DNA of 63,921 nt from Dicyema japonicum. Lineage: Eukaryota > Animalia > Dicyemida. The DNA lies in NCBI GenBank assembly GCA_011109175.1, contig RDEW01000003.1, positions 913,071 through 976,991 on the forward strand. The letters run 5' to 3'. Within the stretch, counting starts at the first letter, position 1. Each line of letters starts with the position of its first letter. Below the pieces are notes generated by a model, which worked only from the letters and a program-made list of their open reading frames with translations, ran no database searches and was not told where the DNA came from. The position numbers and the translations under genes were made by a program. This document shows, piece after piece, positions 39,065-51,050 of the stretch.

Positions 39065-40222
39065 TGTAAAAAATCCAGGAAAGGCTTGTGTTGGGAGAAT
39101 CAAGGCTTTCTTACCAGAAAAGGATTTTCAACACGGATTCAAGAGCGATTGTTCTACATCAACGTACCTACAGAAATTAACCAACTTTATTAGAGATGGA
39201 TTTTCGAACAAACCAAGGCATTTGAAAACAGTCTTATGTTCCATTGATATTAACAAGGCCTTTGATTCTATTTGAGAAAAATATTATCAAAGAATATTTT
39301 CCAGTCCGAGACCCCGGGGATGCTTAAACTTTGGATAACAAATTTCTTAAGTGGACGGAGGGGACGTATTTGCCTCGGAGGACTGAAATCAGTCTCGCGT
39401 CTTCTCCCAAGCCGTGTCTCCCAAGGATCTTTTTTATCTCCCATGTTATTCAATTTATATCTGGCCGACCTCCCGACACCGGAATCCAATAACGATGCTC
39501 TAACTCTCATATGCGGACGACATTGTTTTGGCCTCGCGTGATCGGGATATCCAAAATGCTACAGAAAGATTACAAATTAACCTGGACCGACTCAACGCCT
39601 GGTAATGAAGAACCGACTCACGGTAAATTCCAGAAAGTCGGTCACGTCTATGTTTACTTCGGACAAAAGGTTGGGGAAGAAGACTGTCACCTTAATATTG
39701 GACAACGTTGAAATCCTCTTTAGCAAATGTCAGAAGATCCTGGGCGTGACATTGGATACGCATTTATGTTTGTCACCACACGTGGCAAACATTGTTCTGA
39801 AGTGCGAGAAGAAAATCAATGTATTGAAATGTTTATCTGGAATATGGAAGACCGGTACCCACCCGGTCTTGATGAAAATCTACAAACAATACATTGAACC
39901 ATGCTTCTCGTACGCGTGTGCTTCGTGACCTTCACTATCATGGATGAATACCAAGAAAATTGAGGACGTACAAAAGAAGGTTTTCAGAGTCACGGAGCGG
40001 TGGAATTGTGGGAGACACAGAACCGGACCGATTACTTCGGAGGCTTTCATCAAAATAAACTCCGGCATGGGGGATAGTTGTTCTGCAAATAGTCAGCCAC
40101 CCAGTACGAGCTTGTGTGGGAACGAGGGAGGAGCACTGGGAAAGGATGGGGATTTTGGTGGAACACATCGGGATCACGTGATAGTTAGTTTGGTTTTACC
40201 GTGGTCTTGGGCGTTAAATAAA
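39065..40222 (+). mobile_element. I/Jockey-like LINE RT 3' half nested in the hAT element
   Basis: FQHGFK..STST, SIDINKAFDSI, VSQGSFLSPMLFNL, (Y)ADDI, KILGVTLD and YIEPCFSYACAS. Confidence 0.8.
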
Positions 40223-40252
40223 TAAAATAAACATTTAAAAAATTATAGATAA

Positions 40253-41290
40253 TTAGGACGACAGAATGGCGAAGGCGTTACCTCTGATATCGCCATTTCG
40301 AGCCTCTGCCTCAACCAGAATCTCTCCCGTGGCTCGCATCTTTTTGAGGCGAGTTTGCTTCCAATGCTGTGGGGAAAGGCGTCCATCTTCGCTCCAACGG
40401 TTCCAGTTGTCTCCACAGAATGGGGGTGAAATAATAAGGGATTCGTACATACGGATCTTCTTGGCCTCCTGCGTCTCAGGAGAGTGCGTTGCCGTCAGCC
40501 ATCTAACACCTGAAAAGGTGTTTACACACGTTGCGTCCCAGACGAGTGATTTTCCGTGGGAGTATGGGAACAACGTCATGCCATCCGGCCTCTTCCCGTC
40601 GCCTCTGTCTAAGCCCAAAGGTTCCAATTGGGCCGGAAATCCCGCGGCCTTGAGGGCTCGGAAAATGATGTCATTGAGGCTGCGTGACGCGGGGCTCGAC
40701 CAGCACTTCGTCGGCAAGAGATTGGATGTAAGCCTTTCGTATCAACGTCCCCGCCGCAACGGCATTTGTATCTCTGGCATATTTCAAGTCCTAGGCGCAG
40801 TGCCACCCCGATCCTCAGGCTGTTTTCGTCAAAGAGAGTCCCCAGATGTGGGCACGGAAGGGTCTCGAGCCAGACTCCATTTCCGCGATGTGCGGCCGAC
40901 TTAATGGTTGCTAGTCGGTGTTGGTTGGCGCTTTTCTTGCGACCTCCAGAGTGCTCATACATGCAATTGAGTCAACTCTTCTGGAAAGCGAAGTTTGACG
41001 GGAATTCCAAGCCCAACTCACCCCACAACTTGCAAACTCTATCAAGCTCCGAGTCCAAGGTATGTCCGGTTTTGTTGCGTAGGACTGCTTGGATCAAGCG
41101 AGTGCAGCTCGCAAGGGATGAAAAGTAGGCAGGCAGAACGGCCTCAAAGGGGGATCTTAACCCAATGCCCCCATTTCTCGCAGGCAGTTTGCACATTGTC
41201 CTGCCCAGATCATCGAATTTGACATTCAGCATTGACTCCGCCGATCGTCTCAGAGTCCCATCAGCCGACAATAGTGCTCTCCGGTGTTCA
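40253..41290 (-). mobile_element. CRE-like element C-terminal half nested in the hAT element
   Basis: [74 protein letters not shown] and [11 protein letters not shown]. Confidence 0.85.
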
Positions 41291-41910
41291 AAACATGGTG
41301 AACATCTCAAAATTTACATCAAAATAATATTTTTTTAATCTGATAATAAATTTATCGGGGCCGCAAAAAAAATCCTGGGGCCTCTGAGAACCACTGGTAT
41401 AGAATCATATTAATCATCATTCCATACGTTAACTTCTGACAGATTATCTCCACCGACTTTGCTTCCATAATAGCTTTTGTGTTAAGGGACCCTATTGCAT
41501 GGATCTAGCGATATGAAAAAATGCGATATTTTTTAATAACCCAGGATAAACCTAATAGGTTACGAATGACAACGTCATCAGAGACTCATCACTGCGGAAG
41601 AGATTGTATCAGGGAAATTCTCGATCAAAGTTGTACGTATTATTTCGCATCATCACTCGTTTTCGAGTATTCGCCATTATAAGGACCCTCTACTGGAGTA
41701 TGGAAGAGAGAAAACCAGCCAAGCATTTGGGGGTCTTTTTAGTTGAGTTCAATAACTCCTCTTGGAATTGAAAAAGCCAAAGAATAGAGAGGAAATCTTT
41801 CGACCAAGTATGTAGCGATGTGAGGATGTGACTACGCTACCCGATCAAAAAAATCCGATGTCACTAATTTACTCTGATTTTTAAGCCATTTAACCAATAG
41901 AATAATCTAA

Positions 41911-43479
41911 TTAAAGTTCAACGTCAAGTTTTTCATAATTGGTTTCCACTTGATTGAGAAAGAACTGCAAAAGTTGAAGACTTTCAGAAAGTCGACTGAA
42001 AGACTGAAAAAGTGCCACAATCTCCTGATGTTCCAAGGTAATTTGCATTTCACTACAATCTTTGTCTTTTGACATCTTAACAATATTATCAGAAAAAAGA
42101 ATCTTTAAAGCAGTTCCAACGCCTGTAATCTGTAAAGTCGAGCCAAAAAGATAAACCTGGAGCTTTCCCCACAGTCTGCATTTATCACAGCCCACACAAT
42201 TCAAAATCAGCGAAATATTTTTAAATTTCTTCTGAAATTCTTTCTACCACGTAAAATCCCACAGAACCTTCAATTCCACTTTGTCTCCCCTAAAAAACAA
42301 GGACTCGTCAAAATGGTTAGCGAACTTTCTAAAATTGAATTTTACGGAAAAACCTTGAATTCTCCAAAAGCTGGGACACATCTTTTGCCAATAATTCATC
42401 ATCCGTGAAATTTCCGCTTAAAAATGAAACCTATAATCAATGACGTCATCAACATTTCCTAAGTAAGTGGAAGCCTTAGCGATTGCACGGAGCTCTACGG
42501 CATAAAGTAGGTGAAGATTTTCAATCCATTTAAGAACCTCATCTTTAAGTTCTCCATTTTTATAAAATCGTCTATAAAATTCATCAACGTTAGGACCCCA
42601 CGTGTGCGGAAACACGTCTAAACCATAAAACAGTAAAATACTGTCGAAAAAATATTTCCCACAAATATGAAGGTTAATGCTGAAATGAAGACCAGAAATC
42701 AAGCTAACCAAAGCATCCTTTTCCAAACATCCTAATAATTTAATTTTATTCGAAATATACTTTCTTCATCTTTTCTAAAAATAAAATAAAATTATAATAA
42801 AAATTATAAATATTTTTAATTTTTAAATATAAAAAATAATTCTGATTGTATATAATATAATAATAATACGAGAAGCAATTATCCTGGTAAATGGCGCTCC
42901 ATATTCTCCATGTTGAGGGTCCACTGTAGCCAGTATACCTCTCCTGGTTTTTCGTCAGGTCATAGTATTCCCCGACTCGGAAGAATCTCTAATAAATAAT
43001 TAGAACTCACCACGATCACAGAATTCCAAATCTTCGTCTTGTAATTTCCACGTGTTTAGTATTTCCTGATTTTCGTCACTATTTAAGTCATTAAATCTTA
43101 ATGCCTAATAAACGTATTGAGCCTATTTTCCTTAATTAACTCTGGAACTTCATTCTACTAGTAATCAAACGAAATTACTTCTGTGCAGGGATTAAGTCAC
43201 AGCACTTGGAAGTCGAGCATTGAAGTCATCTTCCCAAAACTGACAGTCCACCCACGACAGCTTAAATAAATTTAAATTATTTTACTCTGTAAAACCTAAA
43301 AAAGATTCTTGAAATGATATTTTCAATGAAGGGGTTTATCTGCTTATCGTTAAAGGTTGATAATTCCCTGAATGTGCATCCGCATAACTTCACAGTTGTT
43401 TCATCCTTAAAATATAAAATCTCGCTACATTGAATTTGCTCACTGTTGCGTGGAATAAACTCAGCAGAAAAATACTCAT
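41911..43479 (-). CDS. ERO1: ERO1 ER oxidoreductin, spliced
   Basis: Signal-like N-terminus, [43 protein letters not shown] and [16 protein letters not shown] (CxxCxxC). Confidence 0.95.
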
Positions 43480-43564
43480 CGACACGTATAATTTATTATT
43501 TTTTTAATAATTAAAATTTTTAAATTAACATTAAAATAATTTAAAATTTCTATTTCACGTTCTA
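43480..43564. promoter_or_regulatory. 85-bp head-to-head ERO1/TRM7 intergenic promoter
   Basis: Divergent ATGs at 43479 (-) and 43565 (+). About 88% AT, with a CACGT near each end. Confidence 0.7.
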
Positions 43565-44580
43565 ATGGGAAAATCTTCAAAAGATAGGCGTGATATATAT
43601 TACAGATTCGCTAAGGAACAAGGATGGAGGGCTCGTAGTGCCTTCAAGCTGATGCAAATAGACGATGAGTTCAATCTGCTTGATGGTTTTGGTTTCATCA
43701 AAAATCCACAGATGCTCGATATGTCGTTGATTTGTGTGCTGCTCCCGGCAGTTGGACACAAGTGATCACCCGTCGGCTTAGGTGGGAGATTTATTTTATT
43801 TTAGGGAGAAGTATGGCGATGGGAGTGGATTTAAAGTAGTCTCTGCCGACATTCAGAAAATACAGCCATTGGAGGATGCAGTCACCTTACAGTGTGATAT
43901 TACCGATGTTTGATTTTTTTGTTATAATTTTTAGAGCGCATCTGTTGACTTAATTGTCTCACATTTGGATGGAAATCTGGCTGATGTTGTTGTCTGTGAC
44001 GGAGCTCCAGATGGTTGCGTTTGTTTTACTCATAATTAGTGACTGGACTGCATGACATGGACGAATACATGCAGGCTCAGCTCATCCTTGGCTGTACATT
44101 TTGTTCTTACAGCTCTAAGGCTTTACAAATATCGACAAAGTTGCTGAAAAGGGGTGGTTCGTTCATGGCGAAGGTAAGAAATAGGCTTATTTTTAGGTTT
44201 TCCGAGCCAAACACTCGGACTACTGTTTTCTCAGCTACGTTTGTTTTTTGAAACCGTCTGCGTTGCTAAAACCTGCGAGCAGTCGCAATTCAAGCGCGGA
44301 AGCCTTCGTTGTTTGTCGTGGCTTTAAATGGTGGTCCAGAAAAGCCGATGGTCCCTTCCTCTTGTTCGCTCACAATTCGTCATTCCGGCCGGATTTCTTC
44401 TTTTGCGGCGATTTTAATTCGTATGATTCTGACAAAAATTACAAACTGAATGTAATCTGGTTTACAGAAGTTCTCTAGTTTGGCGAGGATGATTACGAAT
44501 ATGTATACCACGACCCCGTTCAACTTCCAATAAACCCTCCTTATGAAGTCGCGTGCAAGCTTAGAAAAGGAAACAGGTAA
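43565..44580 (+). CDS. FTSJ1: tRNA 2'-O-methyltransferase TRM7/FTSJ1
   Basis: [75 protein letters not shown] and PINPPY. Confidence 0.96.
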
Positions 44581-44699
44581 AAGAAGATCTTAGTGATGCT
44601 TAAATGGTTCAAATGGATATTAATTGATAATTTTACGATTTATTTATGTTTATTTTTTAAATGGTTTTTTGCCAATTTTTAATATAAGGACAACATGGA

Positions 44700-44870
44700 G
44701 AACAGTTGCTACCAAATGCATCCTCCAATAGTCCATTACAGGCTCCCGCTTCAGAAGATAGGTGGAGAAGTAGTTCCGCCCTCTTCCACCGTCGCGGACT
44801 TAACTCCATTCTTTAGTGAGAGCTTCCATAATGGAAAATCTTCATCAATGGATTTGGTAGGGAGATGGGT
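44700..44870 (-). mobile_element. SINE family B body copy
   Basis: Aligns with 740-900. Confidence 0.55.
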
Positions 44871-44914
44871 AAGAAAATTAAATAATTTTTTTAATTTATA
44901 TATGGAGGACAAGC

Positions 44915-45070
44915 TAGTAATGTGGTTAGTTGGTCTTAAGGTTGAAATGGTGTCGTATTTTTAATCCATGAAATGTCAATTTAGTTTGATGACGTTCGTC
45001 TTCATTCTTCTTGTGAGCATGGAGGTGACTGACTTTGGGAGACATAAGAAACTCAAAGTTCTTAACAAGG
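44915..45070. repeat. Dispersed repeat V
   Basis: Aligns with 20500-20620. Confidence 0.5.
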
Positions 45071-45379
45071 AAATAACTGGTGCAAGTAGAATCTGGGTTA
45101 GAATCTTGTCCAACCCAAAATTCTACCTGTTGGAAAAATCATGGTAGAAGCTGCCATAAGTTACTCAGATTGAAATAAATTTAAGCCGACGATGATTTGA
45201 TATCAGATGTCTCGAAAAGATCGGCTGTGTCTCAGGGAACATTACGTGAATTTTTGTAAGAAATTTTCTGATGGTATAAATCCCATGCCTTAAGTCTCTC
45301 ATGGAAAAGTCGAAAACCATGAGAATTTCATACTCTAAAAAGTTTTTTCAACAGGAGTACACAGTGAGTGGTATCAGCA

Positions 45380-45840
45380 ATGTTGATCATCTGCGTTATT
45401 TGGGTGTCCGTTTTGGATGTAGAGGAGATTATGTTGAATGTGTCCACAATTAATATAAAGACTTAGCAAGCACTTCTGTGTCTACAGAAACTCGAATTTG
45501 AGGAGACTTTTATCTTTATTTTTGAAAGAATTATTCTGCCTTCTCTCATCCACGGATTCGAAGGATGGTATTTTTCGCCCAAGAGAGAGAGACAATAATC
45601 AACTTTCTGGATAAGACGAGGAGGATGGCGATCAAGCTGGCCTTTCGTAAAAGAGATGAAGTAGCAATAGAAAAAAAAAAGAAAACACTGACCAACTTAG
45701 TATCGAGTGTGGTAATGGAAAAGATCAAGGGTTTTCTTCTGAAGAGCAGAATGGTTACACGTACATTCAGACGAGACTTCGAAGTAAAACATCAACAGAA
45801 TCTAGGAAGGAAAATAGCTAGGTCAGAATATTTTTGAATT
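45380..45840 (+). mobile_element. Non-LTR RT C-terminal fragment
   Basis: DHLRYLGVRF and ILPSLIHGFEGW; same family as 38470-38890. Confidence 0.6.
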
Positions 45841-46714
45841 TAAAATTACCTTTTTTGCATTTTCGGAGGATCGCAGAAATATTGTTTAATCTACGAGAAC
45901 CAATTAACATAAACATGTTTCCATTGAATCTTGTTTGCCTCATATTTTAGAGCCATTTTGAAAATCATCTTTGTGGTCAATATGTCATACTATAACAATT
46001 GATCCTGGATTTGATTCTCCCCATGGCTACCTGTTCAAAATTTACCCGTGGCCTTTCGTTTATTCCTTATCGTCTCTCGTTCTACTGAATGACCTCATGT
46101 GATCCACATGTTTCAGGTGACTCAGTGACATTAAAGCTTTAAAAAATCACTTGCATTTCTTAATACACCAGCGAAGTTCACAGAACTGCAAGGTGGACTG
46201 GACCCGTTCTTCACTTTCCGTTAGTTCTCAATTTTTTAAATAAATGAATTTATTCTAAATGACTATGAGTAAATTAAAACTAGATAATATGTGAATTCTG
46301 CACGTCCTAGGATAGCTTCCAAATTGTCTCAGTGATTCTCCATCATCCCACACAAGACAAGGACAAAATGGGAGTGTAACTGACCTACCGTCTAGATGGG
46401 ATTCCGGAATGTTTGAAATAAACATGTATTTTTATTGATTCACTGTTTCGTCATGCTGTACATTTTTTTCTGATAACTAAGATATTCAATCTTGCAGGAC
46501 AAAGATTACCCTGATTAAAGAAAGCGCAAGAAATACATTTCTCGATATAAATTGGGTTTTTTTCATCGAGGAAATTTAATTTAGTAAACATATTAAAATC
46601 AAAAAATTACGAGTTACCAAATCTCGAAAATTCAAAATTAAAATAAATATATCTAACACAGAATCAAATGCTTTGAATTTCGTCACGTTCAATATCTTGT
46701 ATTTATTTTATATG

Positions 46715-46786
46715 TCCCCGGTAGTATAGTGGTTAGTATACCGCGTTGTCATCGCGGTGACCTGGGTTCGATTCCCAGCTGGGGAG
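46715..46786 (+). tRNA. trnD-GTC: tRNA-Asp (GTC)
   Basis: Acceptor stem TCCCCGG/CTGGGGA, anticodon stem CCGCG-TTGTCAT-CGCGG, T arm CTGGG-TTCGATT-CCCAG, followed by a T-run terminator. Confidence 0.96.
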
Positions 46787-46914
46787 TTTTGTTTTTGTTT
46801 TATATTCCAAAAACATGATTACTTAGCATCTCATGCTTTTAATAATTGAAATTATATCTTTTTTAACTTTTAATAAAAAAACTCCCATATCGGACGGATG
46901 AGATGGAAATCCAC

Positions 46915-47830
46915 CGGCTGGAATCGGCTGGAATCACAATCTCTCCGTTCGAGGAAGAGAGCCATTTTTTATGAATCCACAAGTATCGGTCTGCTTTATT
47001 TATCCCGCATTGTTGGGAGTACGGTAGATATGCTGTATTCCCGGGAAAATGCTATGATGGCTATGGAAAAATCTACAAGGCTTTGGTTGACCGATTTACG
47101 TTCCTGCTCATAGTAGTAGAAACATCTGGTGGGAAATCGTATCGTTTCCTCATGAAGCTGATACGTCTGACTACACTCAAAGCCAAGATCATTCTGGTTT
47201 GCAAGTGGTTATCCAAAACTCGTCAATTTTACAAAAAATTATTGTAGTTGTAACATTGAGCCACACGCTANGGAAAATGCTATGAAGGCTATGGAAAAAT
47301 CTACAAGGCTTTGGTTGACCGATTCACGTTCCTGCTCATAGTAGTAGAAACATCTGGTGGGAAATCGTATCGTTTCCTCATGAAGCTGATACGTCTGACT
47401 ACACTCAAAGCCAAGATCATTCTGGTTTNGATTACTTAGCATCTCATGCTTTTAATAATTGAAATTATATCTTTTTTAACTTTTAATAAAAACAACTCTC
47501 AGATTGGACAGATGAGATGGAAAACCACCGGCTGGAATCACAATCTTTCCGTTCGAGGAAGATAGCCATTTTTATGAATCCACAAGTATCAGTCTGCTTT
47601 ATCCATCCCGCATTGTTGGAATACGGTAGATATGCTGTATTCCGCGGAAAATGCTATGAAGGCTATGGAAAAATCTACAAGGCTTTGGTTGACCGATTCA
47701 CGTTCGGAATTCGTATCGTTTCCTCATGAAGCTGATACATCTGACTACACTCAATAGCCACGTGTACTTGAGACTCAGTGGCTTCTCTGGTTGATCTGCG
47801 TTGCAATCGACAGGCAACACAATGACTATT
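46915..47830 (+). mobile_element. Cluster of overlapping CRE-like RLE fragments, partly duplicated across N gaps
   Basis: YGKIYKALVDRFTFLLIVVETSG and ETQWLLWLICVAI, repeated around N47271 and N47429. Confidence 0.6.
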
Positions 47831-48999
47831 CTTGAATAATTTTTGTTTTCTTTGTCAGATAACTGATGTTTTGATCTTTTTTTATTTGATTTAATAAATC
47901 TTTAATTTGTCAAATTAAAATTGCAAACTTGCCTTTGGGAATTAAGAGAGTTTAAGGCAATTAATGAGTTTACGTTATCACTCTAAAAATAAGAAGAGAG
48001 TGATTTCCAGGTTTTTGGGAAATTTATCGTAATAATATGATTCAATTACTTTCCAGATTCAAGCTCTGCAAAATGAAAAAAAACTGAAGAAGTATTAATC
48101 CCTTGGGCATCAAGCTATCAAGATCATTCTGGCTTGCAAGTGGTTATCCAAGACTCGTTATTTTTACAAAAAATTATTGTAGTTGTAACATTGAGCCACA
48201 TGCTACAAAATTTTCTGTGTTTTCAATAATGGCAGGAACATTATTTTCAAATTAATAAAAAAATGACAAAATATCGGCTTCGAGAGCGCAACTTGGCACA
48301 ACTCCATTCCTAATGTAGTTTTGTGTACCTTTTCTGGATGATGAATGCGATCGTATTGGGATCTCATTACTACTCGGATTAAAAGTCGGTTTGTCATATC
48401 CATGTCGATGTGAAGACTAGTTTGACAGATTTGGCCTGCACCCAATCTCCGTAGGAAAATCTCCCAAATGATGGCCTTGAAGAAAGTCGTTAAACAAGCT
48501 TCAAACCCTTCTGGACACTCTTCTATGCTCTATAGGGTCGGCTTATAAAATCTCCCAAATGATGGCCTTGAAGAAAGTCGTTAAACAAGCTTCAAACCCT
48601 TCTGGACACTCTTCTATAGGGTCGGCTTATACAGACGTGAAGGTCTGTCAAATGGGATGACCATCTTCCACTTTGAAGCTGAAAAATAAGTGTTGTTTAA
48701 TGATTACGTGTAATCTGGTTACACTTAATAACATTATTTTGAATGCTAAACTAGAGAGGATCGATTTTCGCTTTTTTGGAAACAAAAGTGCGAATGAATG
48801 GATAGATATCTTCACTGTTAAACAATAAAAAGATTGATGAATAGATTGCGATTGGAACAATTGATGGTCCATTAATTAGATGTAGTCAATCATCTTTTAT
48901 AGAAACAAATATAAGATATTCGGTAGGACAAATATATATTTTGTAACATCATTTATAATTAGTTTTTAGTGTTCATTCATGAAACCCCAAAAGGGGCCA

Positions 49000-49183
49000 T
49001 GCGCCCAACCCAGAAGTACTGCAATACTGGGAGGACGCGCGGTATGGCGGAACCAAGCTTCGCAACACACACCAAGCTACAAAAATAAGCATTATATCTT
49101 GCCCCTTGTAAGGGCGTCCCAGATATAAAGCTGGAAAGAACAGATACTACACTTTGATCTTAGCCAAAAGGCCGAGAAGCGAC
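49000..49183 (-). ncRNA. U2: U2 snRNA, copy 2 (184 nt)
   Basis: Matches copy 1 except a few substitutions in and beside stem III (GCTTGGTTCC vs GCTTGCTTCC; GTAGCTTGG vs GTAACCTGG). Confidence 0.97.
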
Positions 49184-49308
49184 AAAAGGCTAAATTGCAC
49201 GCATAAATATAATCATCACTAAAACAGCTATCAACATTATTATTATATTTGCTTTTAACTTTTGATATGATAATTAAATTCACGTTTATGAGCATTAGTC
49301 ATTTATTN

Positions 49309-49397
49309 TATCTTGCCCCTTGTAAGGGCGTCCCAGATATAAAGCTGGAAAGAACAGATACTACACTTTGATCTTAGCCAAAAGGCCGAGAAGCGAC
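49309..49397 (-). ncRNA. U2: U2 snRNA, copy 3 (5' 89 nt; cut by gap N49308)
   Basis: Identical 5' half, with its own slightly diverged upstream promoter. Confidence 0.8.
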
Positions 49398-49639
49398 AAA
49401 TGGTTAAATTGCACGCATGAATATAATCATCACTAAAACAGCTGTCAACCTTATTATTATACTTGCTTTGAACTTTTGATATGATGATTTAATTCACGTT
49501 TATGAGCATAATTCATTTATTATTTTAATAAATAATATTAACAAACTTTTATATTTTTGATTTTGTTTCTGAATCTTAGAGCTGCATGACGTGGTTCTTA
49601 AACGCTATATCTAGAAAACACGGAATTTATGGACTAGAT

Positions 49640-51050
49640 TTATCCCTCTTGATATTCAATGTCAGGGTGCTCTGGAACAACTCCAGACTGCCGTCTGACA
49701 ATCTTTATAAGAGAATATGAATACAGCGATTTCATGCGATATCCTCGAGGAAAGATGGATGCAGTTTGGATGTATACTTCTGGGGTCAGAATTTTAAGAT
49801 TATTTACCAGCTATTTTATGGCAACTAAGAAGGAGATTTTGAACATAAAAATGGAAAATTCTCCAGAGATGATTTGGAATGATACTGTTGATGGAATGAA
49901 GAAGGCAAATTTCGAACTTGGTGATTGAATTTTGATTTCTCTGCATAAAGTAAAAAAGAGCAAGGGACCGATAAAAAATCTACGACCTGTGATATTTCTG
50001 GGATCATTGAAGAAGATACAATCTCTGATACCCTTAGTCGGATATTTTCTAATGTTTATGAATTTTTGTCGCGGGGACAAAGTGGGTTAGAAAGGGACGC
50101 TCGACCGCAGATGCTGTTTAATCTCACAGGTGGATCTCTGTCACGTCTCAATGATACAGGAGTGATTTTAAGATTTTGGGAGTTGATATGTCCATTGCGT
50201 TTGACACTGTCAACAGAAAAACATTGTTGGACGTTGCTGAAAGTTTTTTTTTGATGAGGATAACACAAGACTTGTCCGTTTCCTATTATCGAACACTGAA
50301 TTTAATGTACGTGTCGGGAACACAACATCGAAGCCTTTCGGGACAACAGTTGGAATACCTCAGGGAGACTCTATCTCCGGTTCTATTCGTCGTTTACCTG
50401 GAAGCGGAATTGAGAGCTCTTAGAACAAAATGTGAAGGATGCATGCAGATGGAGATTATATATGCCGATTACATAGATTTTGTCATAAGAATCACAATCA
50501 ACTAAAGTATATTGATGAAAGTTTGAGGAAAAAAGGAAATTGTGATCCTTAGTTGGTGATAGTAAAGACAAAATGCATAGAAGAGTTCTAGTCACTGCCA
50601 TGTATAAGAAAATGCAGAAGATATGGAGTCGACGAAAACTAATAAAAACAAATTTAAGAATAAGACTATACAACGCATATATAAAACCGGTGCTTATGTA
50701 CAACTCGGGTATATGGGGGGTCACAGAGCTAAAGCTCAAGAAAATGGATATATTTCATCGCAAACAATACGCAAAGGTGGAGACTATTTATGCACGTGCT
50801 CAGAATGGACATAAACGCCCCTAGCAAATATAATAATGGACAATTACTTTAACAATGAAAACAAACCATCATTCAGAGGAAGACCCAGAGTCACTCTACC
50901 CAAGGCTCTAAACAAGGATCTTAATAGGATTAGAAGAATTCTTTAATCTGCAGGAGACCTAAAAGATTAAGGACAGATGCGCAAAGCAGAGGGCGATGGA
51001 GACGCCTAGTGAAGCAGATTGTGAAACGTGTGGCACAAACGGGACCTTAG
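49640..51050 (+). mobile_element. Degenerate RTE-clade LINE (RT)
   Basis: LRPVIFL, GVDMSIAFDTVNR, GIPQG.LSPVLFVVYLE, YAD, IRLYNAYIKPVLMYNSGIWG and FRGRP. Confidence 0.75.

Larger units (their letters stand above)
38410..41396. mobile_element. Non-autonomous Charlie-type hAT element, 2987 bp, with nested retroelement cargo
   Basis: 12-bp perfect TIR CAGTGGTTCTCA (38410-38421) / TGAGAACCACTG (41385-41396). Identical 8-bp flanks GTATAGAA (38402-38409 and 41397-41404). GGGGCC/GGGGTC subterminal motifs. Confidence 0.88.

Noticed and set aside
49309-49397. Truncated U2 as the target of a U2-specific (Utopia-type) retrotransposon
   Set aside because: The truncation coincides exactly with the N gap, and no element sequence is joined to it.
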